A DNA stretch of 62,239 nt, the filler included, from Aduncisulcus paluster (lineage: Eukaryota), in NCBI GenBank assembly GCA_024181965.1. It is 7 parts of 7 records of this genome, joined end to end, with 100 filler letters (N's around TTAATTAATTAA, not from the genome) between each part and the next. Parts side by side here need not be neighbours in the genome. Positions count along the whole stretch, not along the records: positions 1 to 15,203 come from BQXS01011147.1; positions 15,304 to 25,784 come from BQXS01011149.1; 5 more parts are not named here. One strand, written 5' to 3'. The notes under the pieces were generated by a model. That model was not told where the DNA came from, did no database searches, and worked only from the letters and a program-made list of their open reading frames with translations. Shown piece by piece: positions 14,370 through 24,595 of this stretch (the stretch's first letter is position 1; each line of letters opens with the position of its first letter). The translations under genes and the position numbers were made by a program.

Positions 14370-14608
14370 TGTTATGTAATATAACTATTTCATTGTTTCT
14401 CAAGGTGTTCTATTTTTGGATCACCTTGTTCAATTCTTTATTTAATAAATTGCTTCAGTTAACAATAATATTATTGAGTAAGAAGTTAGAATGAGCACGT
14501 TAAACCCGCCTTACTTAACATTTTTTAGCAAAAATGCTTGGAGAGACTTCAAAAAGGAGTTTCAGATCTATCGCGCTAAGGGTGGAACTGATGAGTGGAC
14601 AACGCTGG
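14370..14608 (+). mobile_element. 5' end of a putative LTR retrotransposon A: 95-bp LTR plus interrupted gag-like ORF
   Basis: 14370-14464 is bounded by TGTTA…TAACA with AATAAA near its end. ORF from 14491 reads MSTLNPPYLTFFSKNAWRDFKKEFQIYRAKGG and is cut at 14609. Confidence 0.6.
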
Positions 14609-15203
14609 TGTTATATACGTAGTATATAATATTATTTGATATTTTTGTTCCTAATTTCCATATGGTTTAATAGATTCTCATGTTCTATTTTTAGGACATA
14701 CATTGACTTTATTCTACTTTCTAATAAATTGTAACAGGTTCGTTTCTCAAACGCCACAATTTGATCAAATTCCGCTAATATGGAACAACAAGTTACGTTT
14801 ACTGCGCCATTATTACGTTTTGTGGGTGAAAAGCACTTCACTCGTTTCAAAAACGAGTTCGCCACATATCGAGCGGCGGGAGGTCGAGCTTCTCTTTATT
14901 CGTTGATCCGCGTGGATACTTTGTCAATCTATTTGGATATTTCTGATGGAATACTTTGCCCTCCAGGCGACAGAGAGATAGCGCTCGTTAGAGACGAAGA
15001 GAAGGCATTCTTGGAACACCTAAGCAACCACTATGGCAACAAGACTACACTCGACACATTTTACTCATTGGATACTATCAAGCTTCGTGAGGTTTCCGAA
15101 GATAAGGTGGCCGCTTACGTTACCAAGTATAAGGCAACACTTAGGCGCCTGGCCGAGGATGAGACTCTGGGAGACAAAGCCCTGACTGAACAGTTCCTCA
15201 AGG
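14609..15203 (+). mobile_element. 5' end of a putative LTR retrotransposon B nested in A: 128-bp LTR plus gag-like ORF, cut by scaffold end
   Basis: 14609-14736 is bounded by TGTTA…TAACA with AATAAA. ORF from 14780 (APLLRFVGEKHFTRFKNEFATYRAAGG) is homologous to the A ORF and has higher GC than its flanks. Confidence 0.62.
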
Positions 15204-15303
15204 NNNNNNNNNNNNNNNNNNNNNNNNNNNNNNNNNNNNNNNNNNNNTTAATTAATTAANNNNNNNNNNNNNNNNNNNNNNNNNNNNNNNNNNNNNNNNN
15301 NNN
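15204..15303. other. Artificial scaffold linker N44-TTAATTAATTAA-N44 (also at 25785, 32800, 40843, 48412, 57500)
   Basis: Identical 100-nt spacer with six-frame stops occurs six times, and genes are cut at each one. Confidence 0.97.
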
Positions 15304-15559
15304 CTTTGGAATTGCCTTTTTTACCGAGGAGTTCAGTACTACCATGAAGGGTTATAAGGCCTTGAATTTCATTCCACACATTGTAATGGGGATATTTTTG
15401 GTCCTCCCATGGAAATGGCTGAGGAAAATACTCAAGATAAAGCGCACCAAGAATGGATATGAGTGTTTTCTTGGAATTGAGGAGAACTTGAAAGAAGAAT
15501 CTCCTTCCAAGGTTGAAGGCACTGACGATGTGAAAGAAATAACAACATCAAGCGAGTAA
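15304..15559 (+). CDS. 3' fragment of a membrane protein, possibly an MBOAT-family lysophospholipid acyltransferase
   Basis: Frame open from the linker: FGIAFFTEEFSTTMKGYKALNFIPHIVMGIFLVLPW resembles MBOAT C-termini. Confidence 0.4.
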
Positions 15560-15770
15560 CCAATGTTTGAATCCATCATATCAAAAGCTTATTATTATGT
15601 CGTGCGCTTCGATCTATTTTTTCAAGGTATTTTTCGGAAACTATTCCCCAGGACCAGGTCTGGATCCAAAGAGGAAAAGACATTTTTATTTTAATTTAAT
15701 TTAATATTTTGTCGATTTTTATTGAACCACATTTGCTTGTCGCTTTTTAAAATGAACCTTGATGTTTCTT

Positions 15771-16318
15771 CTACTTTTCAATAAACGGTCCTGTCATTGC
15801 AAACTTTGAGATATACATTAGAGAAGTACTTTTATAAGCGCGAAAATCTCCAGCCCGAACCATATTGCCAGCATCACAATTGAGGGGACTATCTGCATCA
15901 GGATTGTCAAGTAAAATCAAAATTGCTCTACAAACAGATAATATCCCCCACGCTGGTGTCCAACCTTCCCTTTCTTTCAATATATCAAGACAAATTTCTC
16001 CAGTCCTGAAATCAATATTGGGGTGGAAAATGGGAGTTAGCATTCGAACTTTCAATGGCACAACTGGATAATTCTTAAAAATTAAATAAGAACTTTTAAT
16101 TCAGAACAACAAAAGATGACAAAGATTGTGATACATACCTCAGGAATATTAAATTCCAGCTCAAACTGTCCCTTTTCATATACAGTGCCCTTAGCACCAT
16201 GTAACCATGCAGATATTCGTTGCATATTTGTACCATCACATTTTACAATGATATTCTCATCAGGATGGCGGGCAATACGTCGCAATTCAGTTTGTACTCT
16301 TGCTGCTGTGATTGACAT
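15771..16318 (-). CDS. PEX4: Ubiquitin-conjugating enzyme E2, PEX4/UBC21-like; 2 exons (16139-16318, 15771-16073)
   Basis: A 65-nt intron at 16074-16138 (GTATGT…TAAG) joins …NIPE|NYPVVPL…. FHPNIDFRTGEICLDILK active site, then WTPAWGILSVCRAI…DSPLNCDAGNMVRAGD as in PEX4. Confidence 0.8.
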
Positions 16319-16583
16319 TATTCAAGTTTCACAATACTATTCGAGGAATATAGAATGTACATTGGGTTATGAAGGACATATAGTCCTTGTGGTAGGTTAG
16401 TAGTTCGAGAAGTCAGCACCGGTTTATACTGACAAAGAGTGACGTCTTCGAGGGCAAGAAATTCGTCGATAATTTAATTTTAAAACCAATATTCATGTTG
16501 TATCATTTTTCTTATTTTAATAATTTCAATTCCGAACAAGATAATCGAAACAATATTTCAAACATCGAATTGTATTACAAAAG

Positions 16584-17366
16584 ATGAATCCTTTTAAAGA
16601 TCCTGATGAGCCTGTTCACGATGCAAATTTCACTACCTGGCATGTTGCTCCCTCAGCACCTCTTGTCCCGGGTGCTGTCGTAAAAGTGAAGATCGCAATT
16701 CAAAAACCGGCCAGTGGATGGGGTAAAGTTAGTCATGCATCATTTGGAGTTGTTAGAGTTGTTAATGGAGCTAACTGTAAAGTTCACTTTTCATCCCAGG
16801 ATAATTGGGCAGGAAAGGTTGATGAATTAGATGTTTATCAGCCTCCTGGCATGTATCCCAGTCCCGGAATGGGTGGTATGCCTGGACAACCTGGAATGGG
16901 TGGTATGCCTGGACAACCTGGAATGGGTGGTATGCCTGGACAACCTGGAATGGGCGGAATGCCTGGAATGGGTGGTATGCCCGGTCAGCCTTCCGTCACT
17001 ATTCAACAGTTTACCCAACTCCAACAAATGGTTGCTTCGTTGAAAAAAGATTTCGACACTTTTAAAATGGAAAGTGAGAGAACAACAACCCAACTTAGAG
17101 AACAAAATAAGCAGTTAACAACCAAAGTCACTCAGCTTGAAGGTATGCTTAAGCCTCAACCTGGAATGGGTGGTATGCCTGGACAGCCTGGAATGATGGG
17201 ACAGCCTGGAATGGGTGGTATGCCTGGACAGCCTGGAATGATGGGACAGCCTGGAATGGGTGGTATGTCAGGTCAGCCTGGAATGATGGGTCAGCCTGGA
17301 ATGATGGGTCAGCCTGGAATGATGGGTCAGCCTGGAATGATGGGTCAACCAGGAATGGGCTTCTAA
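16584..17366 (+). CDS. MIB/HERC2-like SH3 (KEG-type) domain + GMGGMPGQP repeats + coiled coil
   Basis: GAVVKVK..IQKPASGWGKVSHASFGVV…VHFSSQDNWAG; G/M/P/Q tandem repeats flank a ~55-aa coiled coil. Confidence 0.7.
   Translation: MNPFKDPDEPVHDANFTTWHVAPSAPLVPGAVVKVKIAIQKPASGWGKVSHASFGVVRVVNGANCKVHFSSQDNWAGKVDELDVYQPPGMYPSPGMGGMPGQPGMGGMPGQPGMGGMPGQPGMGGMPGMGGMPGQPSVTIQQFTQLQQMVASLKKDFDTFKMESERTTTQLREQNKQLTTKVTQLEGMLKPQPGMGGMPGQPGMMGQPGMGGMPGQPGMMGQPGMGGMSGQPGMMGQPGMMGQPGMMGQPGMMGQPGMGF
16865..17363 (+). repeat. Coding tandem repeats, 27-nt (GMGGMPGQP) and 18-nt (GMMGQP) units in two blocks
   Basis: CCTGGAATGGGTGGTATGCCTGGACA and CCTGGAATGATGGGTCAG are visibly repeated. Confidence 0.9.
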
Positions 17367-17456
17367 GTATTGAAGTGAGATTTTTTATTTGTAATTCGTT
17401 ATAACAATAAATGTCATTATAGATTCAATCAAGAAAATCTCCATGTTCATGAACGT

Positions 17457-18472
17457 TTATTTTTTGACATTTAAACTAAAAGAACCATCTGGTTTCTTCT
17501 CCATTTTGAAAGAATCGAGAGACAAACCAAATGTTCCTAATACTTTGTTCCCAAATCCCTTTAGTTTTCCAAGCATTTTTTCCATCATTTCTTTATCTTT
17601 TTGTTGAGCATGAGTTCTAACTCTTTGACAGAATAATATATAATCATCTTCCTGACGTTTTGTCCATCTTGAAGCAATTTCAACAATTTTTGAAGGAATG
17701 GGAGGATATTCGGAATGTGGAAGGTCTTCAGGTGTAGGCCGGAGGGATATTGGGGTACCTTTTTCCTCTTCAGAATCGAAATGATCCCCTATATGTTTCG
17801 TCTCAAATGCTTCAAATCGCCGCCTTTCTTCTTTCTTCATTTTTTCATCGATTGACTCTACCCTTGGTTCTTCCATCATTTCAGGAGGAATTCTGGCCTT
17901 TGAAGATGAAACATACGAACTTTTTGGAGATTTTTCAGATTCTGAACTCGGAAACTTGGGAGATTTTTTGGGAGGATTAGGGAGCTCCATTCCAATTGGA
18001 GGAAGAGGAGGAGTTGGAATTCCTTCATATAATTTTAATAATTCATGCTCTTGGACACGCCTTCGGAGTTCATCTATTATATCAATGTCATCTCGAGCTT
18101 TCGAAAATTCAGAAAGAGAAGCGTAGGATTTTGCCCTTCGAAGCCGTGGTTTCCAAGCATCTGGACAAAGATACAAAGCAGCTGTACATGTTGAAATACA
18201 TTGCTCATGTCTACCCTATGAAAAAAATTGAACCATTGAAAAAATAAAACACTATGAACAAAAAACATTAAAGGCCAAGAATAGAACCTACATACAATAG
18301 ATTGCTCAGCGAGGGCTTTGTTTGATAATAATGCTATTCGCAATACAGTCAGATCATTACTTTCAGATCTTTTCAAACATGGAAGAGAATCTAATCCTTG
18401 AATAAAGGAAGATATTGCTTCTGGAAACATTTTCTTTTTAAAATATTCATTTCCCGTTTCCTTGAAATCCAT
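17457..18472 (-). CDS. TTC1: Tetratricopeptide repeat protein 1 homolog; 2 exons (18296-18472, 17457-18215)
   Basis: An 80-nt intron at 18216-18295 (GTATGT…CATAG) joins TPRs (KETGNEYFKK…AEQSI|GRHEQCISTCTAAL). C-terminal MLGKLKGFGNKVLGTFGLSLDSFK is the TTC1 signature. Confidence 0.85.
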
Positions 18473-18539
18473 TATTGTGGACAAAGCCAATATTCAATAT
18501 TAAGTATAAAAACAACATTTTTATTTGACTATCGTTGCT

Positions 18540-19448
18540 CTATAAATCATCATATCGTTTAGATCTGGGAATACAATACTCAACAACAAGACCCAGAGCA
18601 GCTAATAACACACTAATTCCGCCAGCAACAATTGATGTAAGTGGTAAAAAGGAGTTTTTTACACCCCATGAATTAACAGTTGCCACAACAAATTCCTTGG
18701 ATGCCCCCTGATATTCCATTGGGAAATTATTAGAAACAGAAACCGAGTAAGTCCCCGCAACAAGTCCATCATCAATTCGACGATAGAGCTTTCGAAATTT
18801 GGGAAGAGCAGCAGGCCGAGCCCATACTTGAGCATCTTCAAAATTGGATCCCATTGTGGATCTCATATCTTTTGATACACGTTCATTTTTATCAACGTCT
18901 GGAACAATATCAGTTTTGGAGAGAGTGACAACATCTAAGGTTCCAGAATTTGTAATTGTAAATGTATCATTGAATTGTGATTGATAAATCAAACCACATG
19001 GAACATCATATGTCTTATCACCAGAGTCAGGATCATAATGAATGGGATCGGTTGGAGAACAATCAAGTTCTAGTTCTGAATCTGAAGGATCTTGTCCTAG
19101 TAATTGAGCAGGACTAATTGAAGCCATATATTCTTTGTGGTTTTGATAAAAATAAGTTAGACCATAATAAATATTTATAGGATCAGTCACATCCTCTTTT
19201 AGAGTAAAAGATAATTCACAAGTGCTTGGCGTGTCACCACACACATCATCATATCTAAGGGATATATCAATAAGATTTGAATTAGAAATAAGGAAAAAAC
19301 TCCCGATTGCTATCATTAATAACCCGAATGAGAAAAACAATACAGCAATCCCCACTCCATTCACAACAGGATGCCAATAAGCCCATTTCTGTTGCCAAAA
19401 TACCGATTGAGATCTATCTTTTTTTTGAGCTTTTATATTTTTGCCCAT
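18540..19448 (-). CDS. CDC50: CDC50/LEM3 P4-ATPase (flippase) beta subunit
   Basis: FWQQK, IYYGLTYFYQNHKEY, PCGLIYQSQFNDTF, WARPAALPKFRKLY, GVKNSFL; two TM segments. Confidence 0.93.
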   Translation of the reverse strand: MGKNIKAQKKDRSQSVFWQQKWAYWHPVVNGVGIAVLFFSFGLLMIAIGSFFLISNSNLIDISLRYDDVCGDTPSTCELSFTLKEDVTDPINIYYGLTYFYQNHKEYMASISPAQLLGQDPSDSELELDCSPTDPIHYDPDSGDKTYDVPCGLIYQSQFNDTFTITNSGTLDVVTLSKTDIVPDVDKNERVSKDMRSTMGSNFEDAQVWARPAALPKFRKLYRRIDDGLVAGTYSVSVSNNFPMEYQGASKEFVVATVNSWGVKNSFLPLTSIVAGGISVLLAALGLVVEYCIPRSKRYDDL

Positions 19449-19745
19449 ATACGCTGTCAAAAATAAACTTTCTAGCCACTACCAGTATTTTGCCAATTAT
19501 CAATGGATGGAAATATTTTTCGAACGAATTAGCTAATATTATTATCTTTTGAATTTTATGTTACTGTTTGTCCTGACTCTGATGTGAAGAAATCCAGACT
19601 CTGGTCAGAAAAGTTGTAAGGATTGGAGTTATTAATGGTCTTAATTTATTTTCATTTTTATTTTTATTGGTCCGTAAGGATCCCTTGCTCTAAGCACCTA
19701 AATCACGCTGTATTTTTGCTCGAGTGACGAAAACACTCTTTGTAC

Positions 19746-20522
19746 ATGGATATTGGACATGGGGTTGATGATCATATTACAAAAGAAGATCAAATACGAT
19801 TTAATATTTCATTACTACTAAAAGTTGCCAGTGAAGAGCATTATATTTCATATTATAAACAAATTATCCCTGAATTGAAATACCTTGTTGAATTAACTAA
19901 ACAGGATCTCCCTAGCAGAGAAAAACTTATTTTACAGGAAGTTATTTCCGATTTTATAGGATATTTAAGGAGGATTTGGAGGCATTTTGGAGGTATTGCT
20001 TCTCATTTACAACACGAGGGACAAAATCACAAATCTGCTATTGTTTTCAATCATAATAAGATAATAGAGCAAGAGATAAAATCCTCCATTGATGAATTAT
20101 TAGTTCTTATCGAAATGTTAATTAAATACGCCAAAAATGATCTTTCTCGTTGCTTTTATCTCAAATTGAAGGGTGATCTATTCAGATATACTGCAGAATA
20201 TTCACTGTCCCATACTAAAAAGATTGCTGTTGAATCTTCACTTTCTTCATATCAAGCTGCAGCCTCCTATGCTTCTTCCGCTCACCTTCCAGCTTCTCAC
20301 GAGATGGTTCTAAGAATAGCATTAAATATGTCAATTTTATTTTATGAAGTTATTGGTTCCCCTGATAGAGCCTGCCATATTTCAAAGCAAGCATTTGATA
20401 ATGCCAATGCATCTCTTTCGCAGGTTAGAAAGAAAGATCTTCCACCAATCGCCAAATTACTTGGAATATTCAGGACAAACTTGACAATGTGGTCCGTCGA
20501 TCTTGTTGATGAAGAAGATTAG
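19746..20522 (+). CDS. Divergent 14-3-3 family protein
   Basis: FYLKLKGDLFRYTAE, LRIALNMSILFYEVIGSPDRAC.ISKQAFDNA, FRTNLTMW. Confidence 0.9.
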   Translation: MDIGHGVDDHITKEDQIRFNISLLLKVASEEHYISYYKQIIPELKYLVELTKQDLPSREKLILQEVISDFIGYLRRIWRHFGGIASHLQHEGQNHKSAIVFNHNKIIEQEIKSSIDELLVLIEMLIKYAKNDLSRCFYLKLKGDLFRYTAEYSLSHTKKIAVESSLSSYQAAASYASSAHLPASHEMVLRIALNMSILFYEVIGSPDRACHISKQAFDNANASLSQVRKKDLPPIAKLLGIFRTNLTMWSVDLVDEED

Positions 20523-20692
20523 GGCTTTCCAATGAGGTCCTCTCACTCACAATGAGTATCTAGGTTATCCCTCAAAGGAAGATCCCTATTCATACCTGAT
20601 TAGTAAACCATTTAGTTGGTCATCTCTCATTATCACTGATTCTCAAGTATTCGAGAATCAAATAGATGACAAAAAAACAAGAAAAATCAAGC

Positions 20693-21169
20693 TCATCGAG
20701 TGAAAATGAGACGTTTCAGGACACACAAAGGCTTAATTTTGCTTTTTGAATGTGGTTGATGCCACAAAAGTTTGCAGCTGACCTTGCAACGAACACAATT
20801 TGGACATTGAATGTGAAGACAGAACCATGAACCCTCTGCACGAACGTGAGGACAGAAAGTCTTAATTGAACCATCTTGAGAGATAGCGTCAATAAAAAAG
20901 TACTTGGGACGCTTCTTTAATGGTTCACATGCCTGAAAATACACACATTGGATATTGATAGGATGGACAAAGGAATATATTAGCTGATGGAACTTAAGAG
21001 AAGCAAGACCTTGAGTAAATTCATGCAGACCATCATCAATGTGATGCATCCTGCCATTAAATGCATCCAAGGAGAATTTATCGTGACCAATAAGTCTCAT
21101 AAGGTCCAATAAAGGTGGTACGGGGCTATCATCGAATGAAATAATGCTTGCTTCTGTAATAACATCCAT
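20693..21169 (-). CDS. Small protein consisting of the recurring unnamed ~150-aa domain
   Basis: FHQLIYSFVHPINIQCVYF…WFCLHIQCPNCVRCKVSCKLLW parallels the domains in the 21834 and 39627 genes. Confidence 0.55.
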   Translation of the reverse strand: MDVITEASIISFDDSPVPPLLDLMRLIGHDKFSLDAFNGRMHHIDDGLHEFTQGLASLKFHQLIYSFVHPINIQCVYFQACEPLKKRPKYFFIDAISQDGSIKTFCPHVRAEGSWFCLHIQCPNCVRCKVSCKLLWHQPHSKSKIKPLCVLKRLIFTR

Positions 21170-21833
21170 AAATATAGATCGATCTCGTAAAATACAATAA
21201 CCAATAACAATGGATAACGGTGATATCCAAACAAAAACAAAAGGAAAGCAAAACAATTGGGTTCAACGATTCCTCAAGACTCGAACTAAAATATGAAGGT
21301 TCCTCACGAACCAATACACGCCAAAATTCATTATTACACTTAAATATGAAGCATATACCAGTATTACACCGATTTGATCGTTAATTTAATATTATTAACT
21401 GAAGGACACAAGGCTACTATCTGGTAGTGACTACCATGATAGTGTCATTCTAATTCTGTCTATCATTGCTTCATTTCCAATACGATAAGATATTGTTTGG
21501 AATTTAATATTTATATGATATCGTTCTACCATATAATACAGTAATTCTGTGTCTTTCTACGGATCCTCTTACTCGACCTCTTTTATATGTAGACAAATGA
21601 TATGATAATGTGGATTGATTAAAGGTAAGTATTTTCATGAAACATCATGACTATTATCAAAGTATACCAATAATACAGGACAAAAAAAAAAAAAAATCCA
21701 AGCTTTAAATTGATAATAAAAATTAATGATAAGTAAAAAAAAAGTAATAGTACAATAGAATTAATCATTATTAATTGTTTGGCAGAAATTTGGTCACAAA
21801 CATCTGATTTTCGGATTTTGCTTGAATACACTT

Positions 21834-24566
21834 ATGGGGGTTTCTTCTTCATCAATACAACCAATATCTCCCACATATGACCTTGGGATCCCAACTGAAG
21901 ATAAGTTGGAAAGAGAATTTCTTCCTCCTCCTAAATTGAAGGTTAAAATAGATTCTTTGGCTAATTTCATTTCTTTGGGTGACTCTATTCCCTCGATAAT
22001 CGATGGGCAACGTACAAAAGTGAATGTTGATATTGCTTCGGGAAAATTTGCCTCTGCAGAGAAAATCTCAACTATGGTCCAGTTCTTTTATGGACATTAT
22101 CCTACATTATCTTTTTTCTCATGTTATCTTCCATTTGATTCCCCTCTTTGTTTGGGTGGTATTTTTTTAAAGGTAAGAAGTCCTGATCAACCCCATATTC
22201 TTCGTATTACCTTCTCTGGCATTGAACACCAGGAAATAACAACTCGTACATATTCAGTTGACCAATCACCAACTGGTTTTAAATGGTTTTATCTTCCTGT
22301 TGATCTACCTAATGTTTATTCATGTCATTTTGAGTGTGTTAGGGCTTGGAATGGAAATTTGTGGTGTGTATTGCATGGACTTTATTTTTGGGATGTTGAA
22401 TACAGTATTCCCCCTATATCTCCTGCTTTACATATTGCTCATGGCAAACGTGGTAGTGCATCGATTTCTCACGATGATCAGTACGTTATGAATTTAAAAA
22501 TGATTGCTGATGGATCAGATGGAGATTTTTCTGGCGGGGATAAGGCGATTACAAAGCTCTTATCTGGGTTGGGAGGTTTATTTTTTCACTCCCTAGCTTT
22601 GAGATCACAACCCAACACAATTGAAGGGCTTGAATTATGTTTTGATTCATCGGCTGAACTTCCTCAAAATTTGACAATCTCATTATTTTCCCAATCCTCC
22701 TCGATTTCACGTCAGTTCTGTTTCCCAAGATCAAACGGAGGCAATTGGTATTTTCTCCCCATTTTATTCCTCGATGTTGTCATGATTCGTTTTGAGTGTA
22801 CTAGATCGTGGGATGGTGATGACAGATGTTGGTTGGAGGGAATCAGGATACTCAAGGCTGGCGGGACAAGGCATTCTGCGATGCAAAGAGAAAAACATAT
22901 TACTGTTAAAGGTGCCGCCTTCAGGACTGCAAAAAAGAAAGAACAGAAATTAAAAATAGATGAGCCATCTTCTGCTCCCTTGCCTCCATCCAATCGAATG
23001 CGAGTCTTTCACAAATCCACAATTCCCTCTTCAAGCGATAAGACAGATGATGAATTATCAAAGATGAGGGCAAGAATAGAGGCTGAAATGGAAGAAAAAA
23101 TGGAGAAACGGTTACAAGAAAAATTTCTAGAAAAACAAATTGAATGGGAGAAAAAAATAGAACAAGAATTGAAGATCCGGAAGGATATTTCTTTGGATAA
23201 AAAGGATCCTGATTCGGAGAAAACTTCCCTTATTAAGGGTTCACGTGATGAATCCGAGATATCTCGGCACTCACCGCGCCATAAGAATCCCGGGTACATT
23301 CTCACATCTCCATCGGGGATTGAACCACTGTGTATTATCGGACTCGGCGGTTTTGGAGAGGTGACATTAGTTCGTATTGATGGAATTGCACAACTTTGTA
23401 TTCTGAAGAGAATGATACGGATTGGGGATAAGAAAGTCATTCATGATTGTAAAAGAGAGTTTAAATTCCAGCAGAAACTTTTCATGGATCCCAAATGTTT
23501 TAACCGTATTCCTCGCCCAATGTATATTTTAAACCTTCTCGACGAAGACACCCATGTTGGAGTTTATGGTTTCATTATGGAGTATTGTGCTGGAGGAAGT
23601 GTGTCTTCATTTGCAAGATCTTGGGGTTTACTACCAAGGGAAGATCCCCCTAAATCTGTTTCTGAGCTCGAGGAAGAGAGTAGCTCTGTTTCAGAGTGGT
23701 CTGATAAAGCCAGATTGAGTGCAAATTGTATGGATTATGATCCTCTTCGAATTGCTGCCTTATGTGTTGGATGTGTCGAATGTCTTGATGATGTGTTCAT
23801 GGCAAATTCATCGATCATTCATCGAGATGTGAAACCTGATAACTTCCTTGTTCGAATTGATGAGTATGGTGGATCAATTGTCCTCGGTGATCTTGGACTT
23901 ATTATGCTCCAAGACTGTGTATCATCTTCAACGGGATCTATTTCATTCAGTGTTCTTGAAAAAGATGTATCATTGAAGGGGAAGTCTGGGCGGCCTTTTG
24001 CATGTGGAACTTTTGTATATAACTCGTATGAATCATTATCCCACGGAATATATTCTCAATCTAGTGATGCATTCGCCTTGGGATTAACAATATATTCCCT
24101 GTTTACTGCCAAAGTCCCATTTTTTGGGCATCCTTTGCTTCGTGGTATTGTGAAATCATCTGAATTCCTTTCAAAACTTCTCTATCTTCATGATCATGGA
24201 CTTGTTCCAAAACTTCAGCATTCTCAGCTCTTTCAACAAATTCCACTTCTTGATGATGGAAAATTTAAGGATGTTTACAATGGATTGTTGGAAATATTTG
24301 ATGGACTCACTAAAAAAAATCCAACAAATAGAATGAGTGTTCATTCTGCAAGAGAAATTTGTTCAAATTTCGTTCATTTACTTCCTAAAATTGGCGAAGG
24401 ATGGATATGTCCATCTATTGATACAATAATTTCGAAGCAAAGGGAGATTTTTGGGGAGTGTTCTCCTTTTGGAGTGAAGAATGGTGAAGAAGGAAATGAA
24501 GTTATTCGACATTCAATTGATGAATTGGATGTATCAAAGGGAGCTTGGGACTCAATTTCTGAGTGA
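21834..24566 (+). CDS. Protein kinase with two N-terminal copies of the unnamed domain and a coiled coil
   Basis: GLGGFGEV, ILK, MEYCAGGS, HRDVKPDNFL, GDLG, CGTFVY.SYE, SDAFALG. Confidence 0.9.
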   Translation: MGVSSSSIQPISPTYDLGIPTEDKLEREFLPPPKLKVKIDSLANFISLGDSIPSIIDGQRTKVNVDIASGKFASAEKISTMVQFFYGHYPTLSFFSCYLPFDSPLCLGGIFLKVRSPDQPHILRITFSGIEHQEITTRTYSVDQSPTGFKWFYLPVDLPNVYSCHFECVRAWNGNLWCVLHGLYFWDVEYSIPPISPALHIAHGKRGSASISHDDQYVMNLKMIADGSDGDFSGGDKAITKLLSGLGGLFFHSLALRSQPNTIEGLELCFDSSAELPQNLTISLFSQSSSISRQFCFPRSNGGNWYFLPILFLDVVMIRFECTRSWDGDDRCWLEGIRILKAGGTRHSAMQREKHITVKGAAFRTAKKKEQKLKIDEPSSAPLPPSNRMRVFHKSTIPSSSDKTDDELSKMRARIEAEMEEKMEKRLQEKFLEKQIEWEKKIEQELKIRKDISLDKKDPDSEKTSLIKGSRDESEISRHSPRHKNPGYILTSPSGIEPLCIIGLGGFGEVTLVRIDGIAQLCILKRMIRIGDKKVIHDCKREFKFQQKLFMDPKCFNRIPRPMYILNLLDEDTHVGVYGFIMEYCAGGSVSSFARSWGLLPREDPPKSVSELEEESSSVSEWSDKARLSANCMDYDPLRIAALCVGCVECLDDVFMANSSIIHRDVKPDNFLVRIDEYGGSIVLGDLGLIMLQDCVSSSTGSISFSVLEKDVSLKGKSGRPFACGTFVYNSYESLSHGIYSQSSDAFALGLTIYSLFTAKVPFFGHPLLRGIVKSSEFLSKLLYLHDHGLVPKLQHSQLFQQIPLLDDGKFKDVYNGLLEIFDGLTKKNPTNRMSVHSAREICSNFVHLLPKIGEGWICPSIDTIISKQREIFGECSPFGVKNGEEGNEVIRHSIDELDVSKGAWDSISE

Positions 24567-24595
24567 GGAAAGTAAAAACAATCGGATATTTAAAA

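Noticed and set aside
15248-15259. Recurrent TTAATTAATTAA palindrome within N runs
   Set aside because: Artificial six-frame-stop linker; adjacency across it has no biological meaning.
16865-17363. Regular short repeats resembling a CRISPR array
   Set aside because: In-frame coding repeats with no unique spacers and no cas genes, in a eukaryotic context.
20523-20660. Possible C/D snoRNA or hairpin between converging genes
   Set aside because: Only a degenerate C box and short stems; no guide complementarity can be shown.
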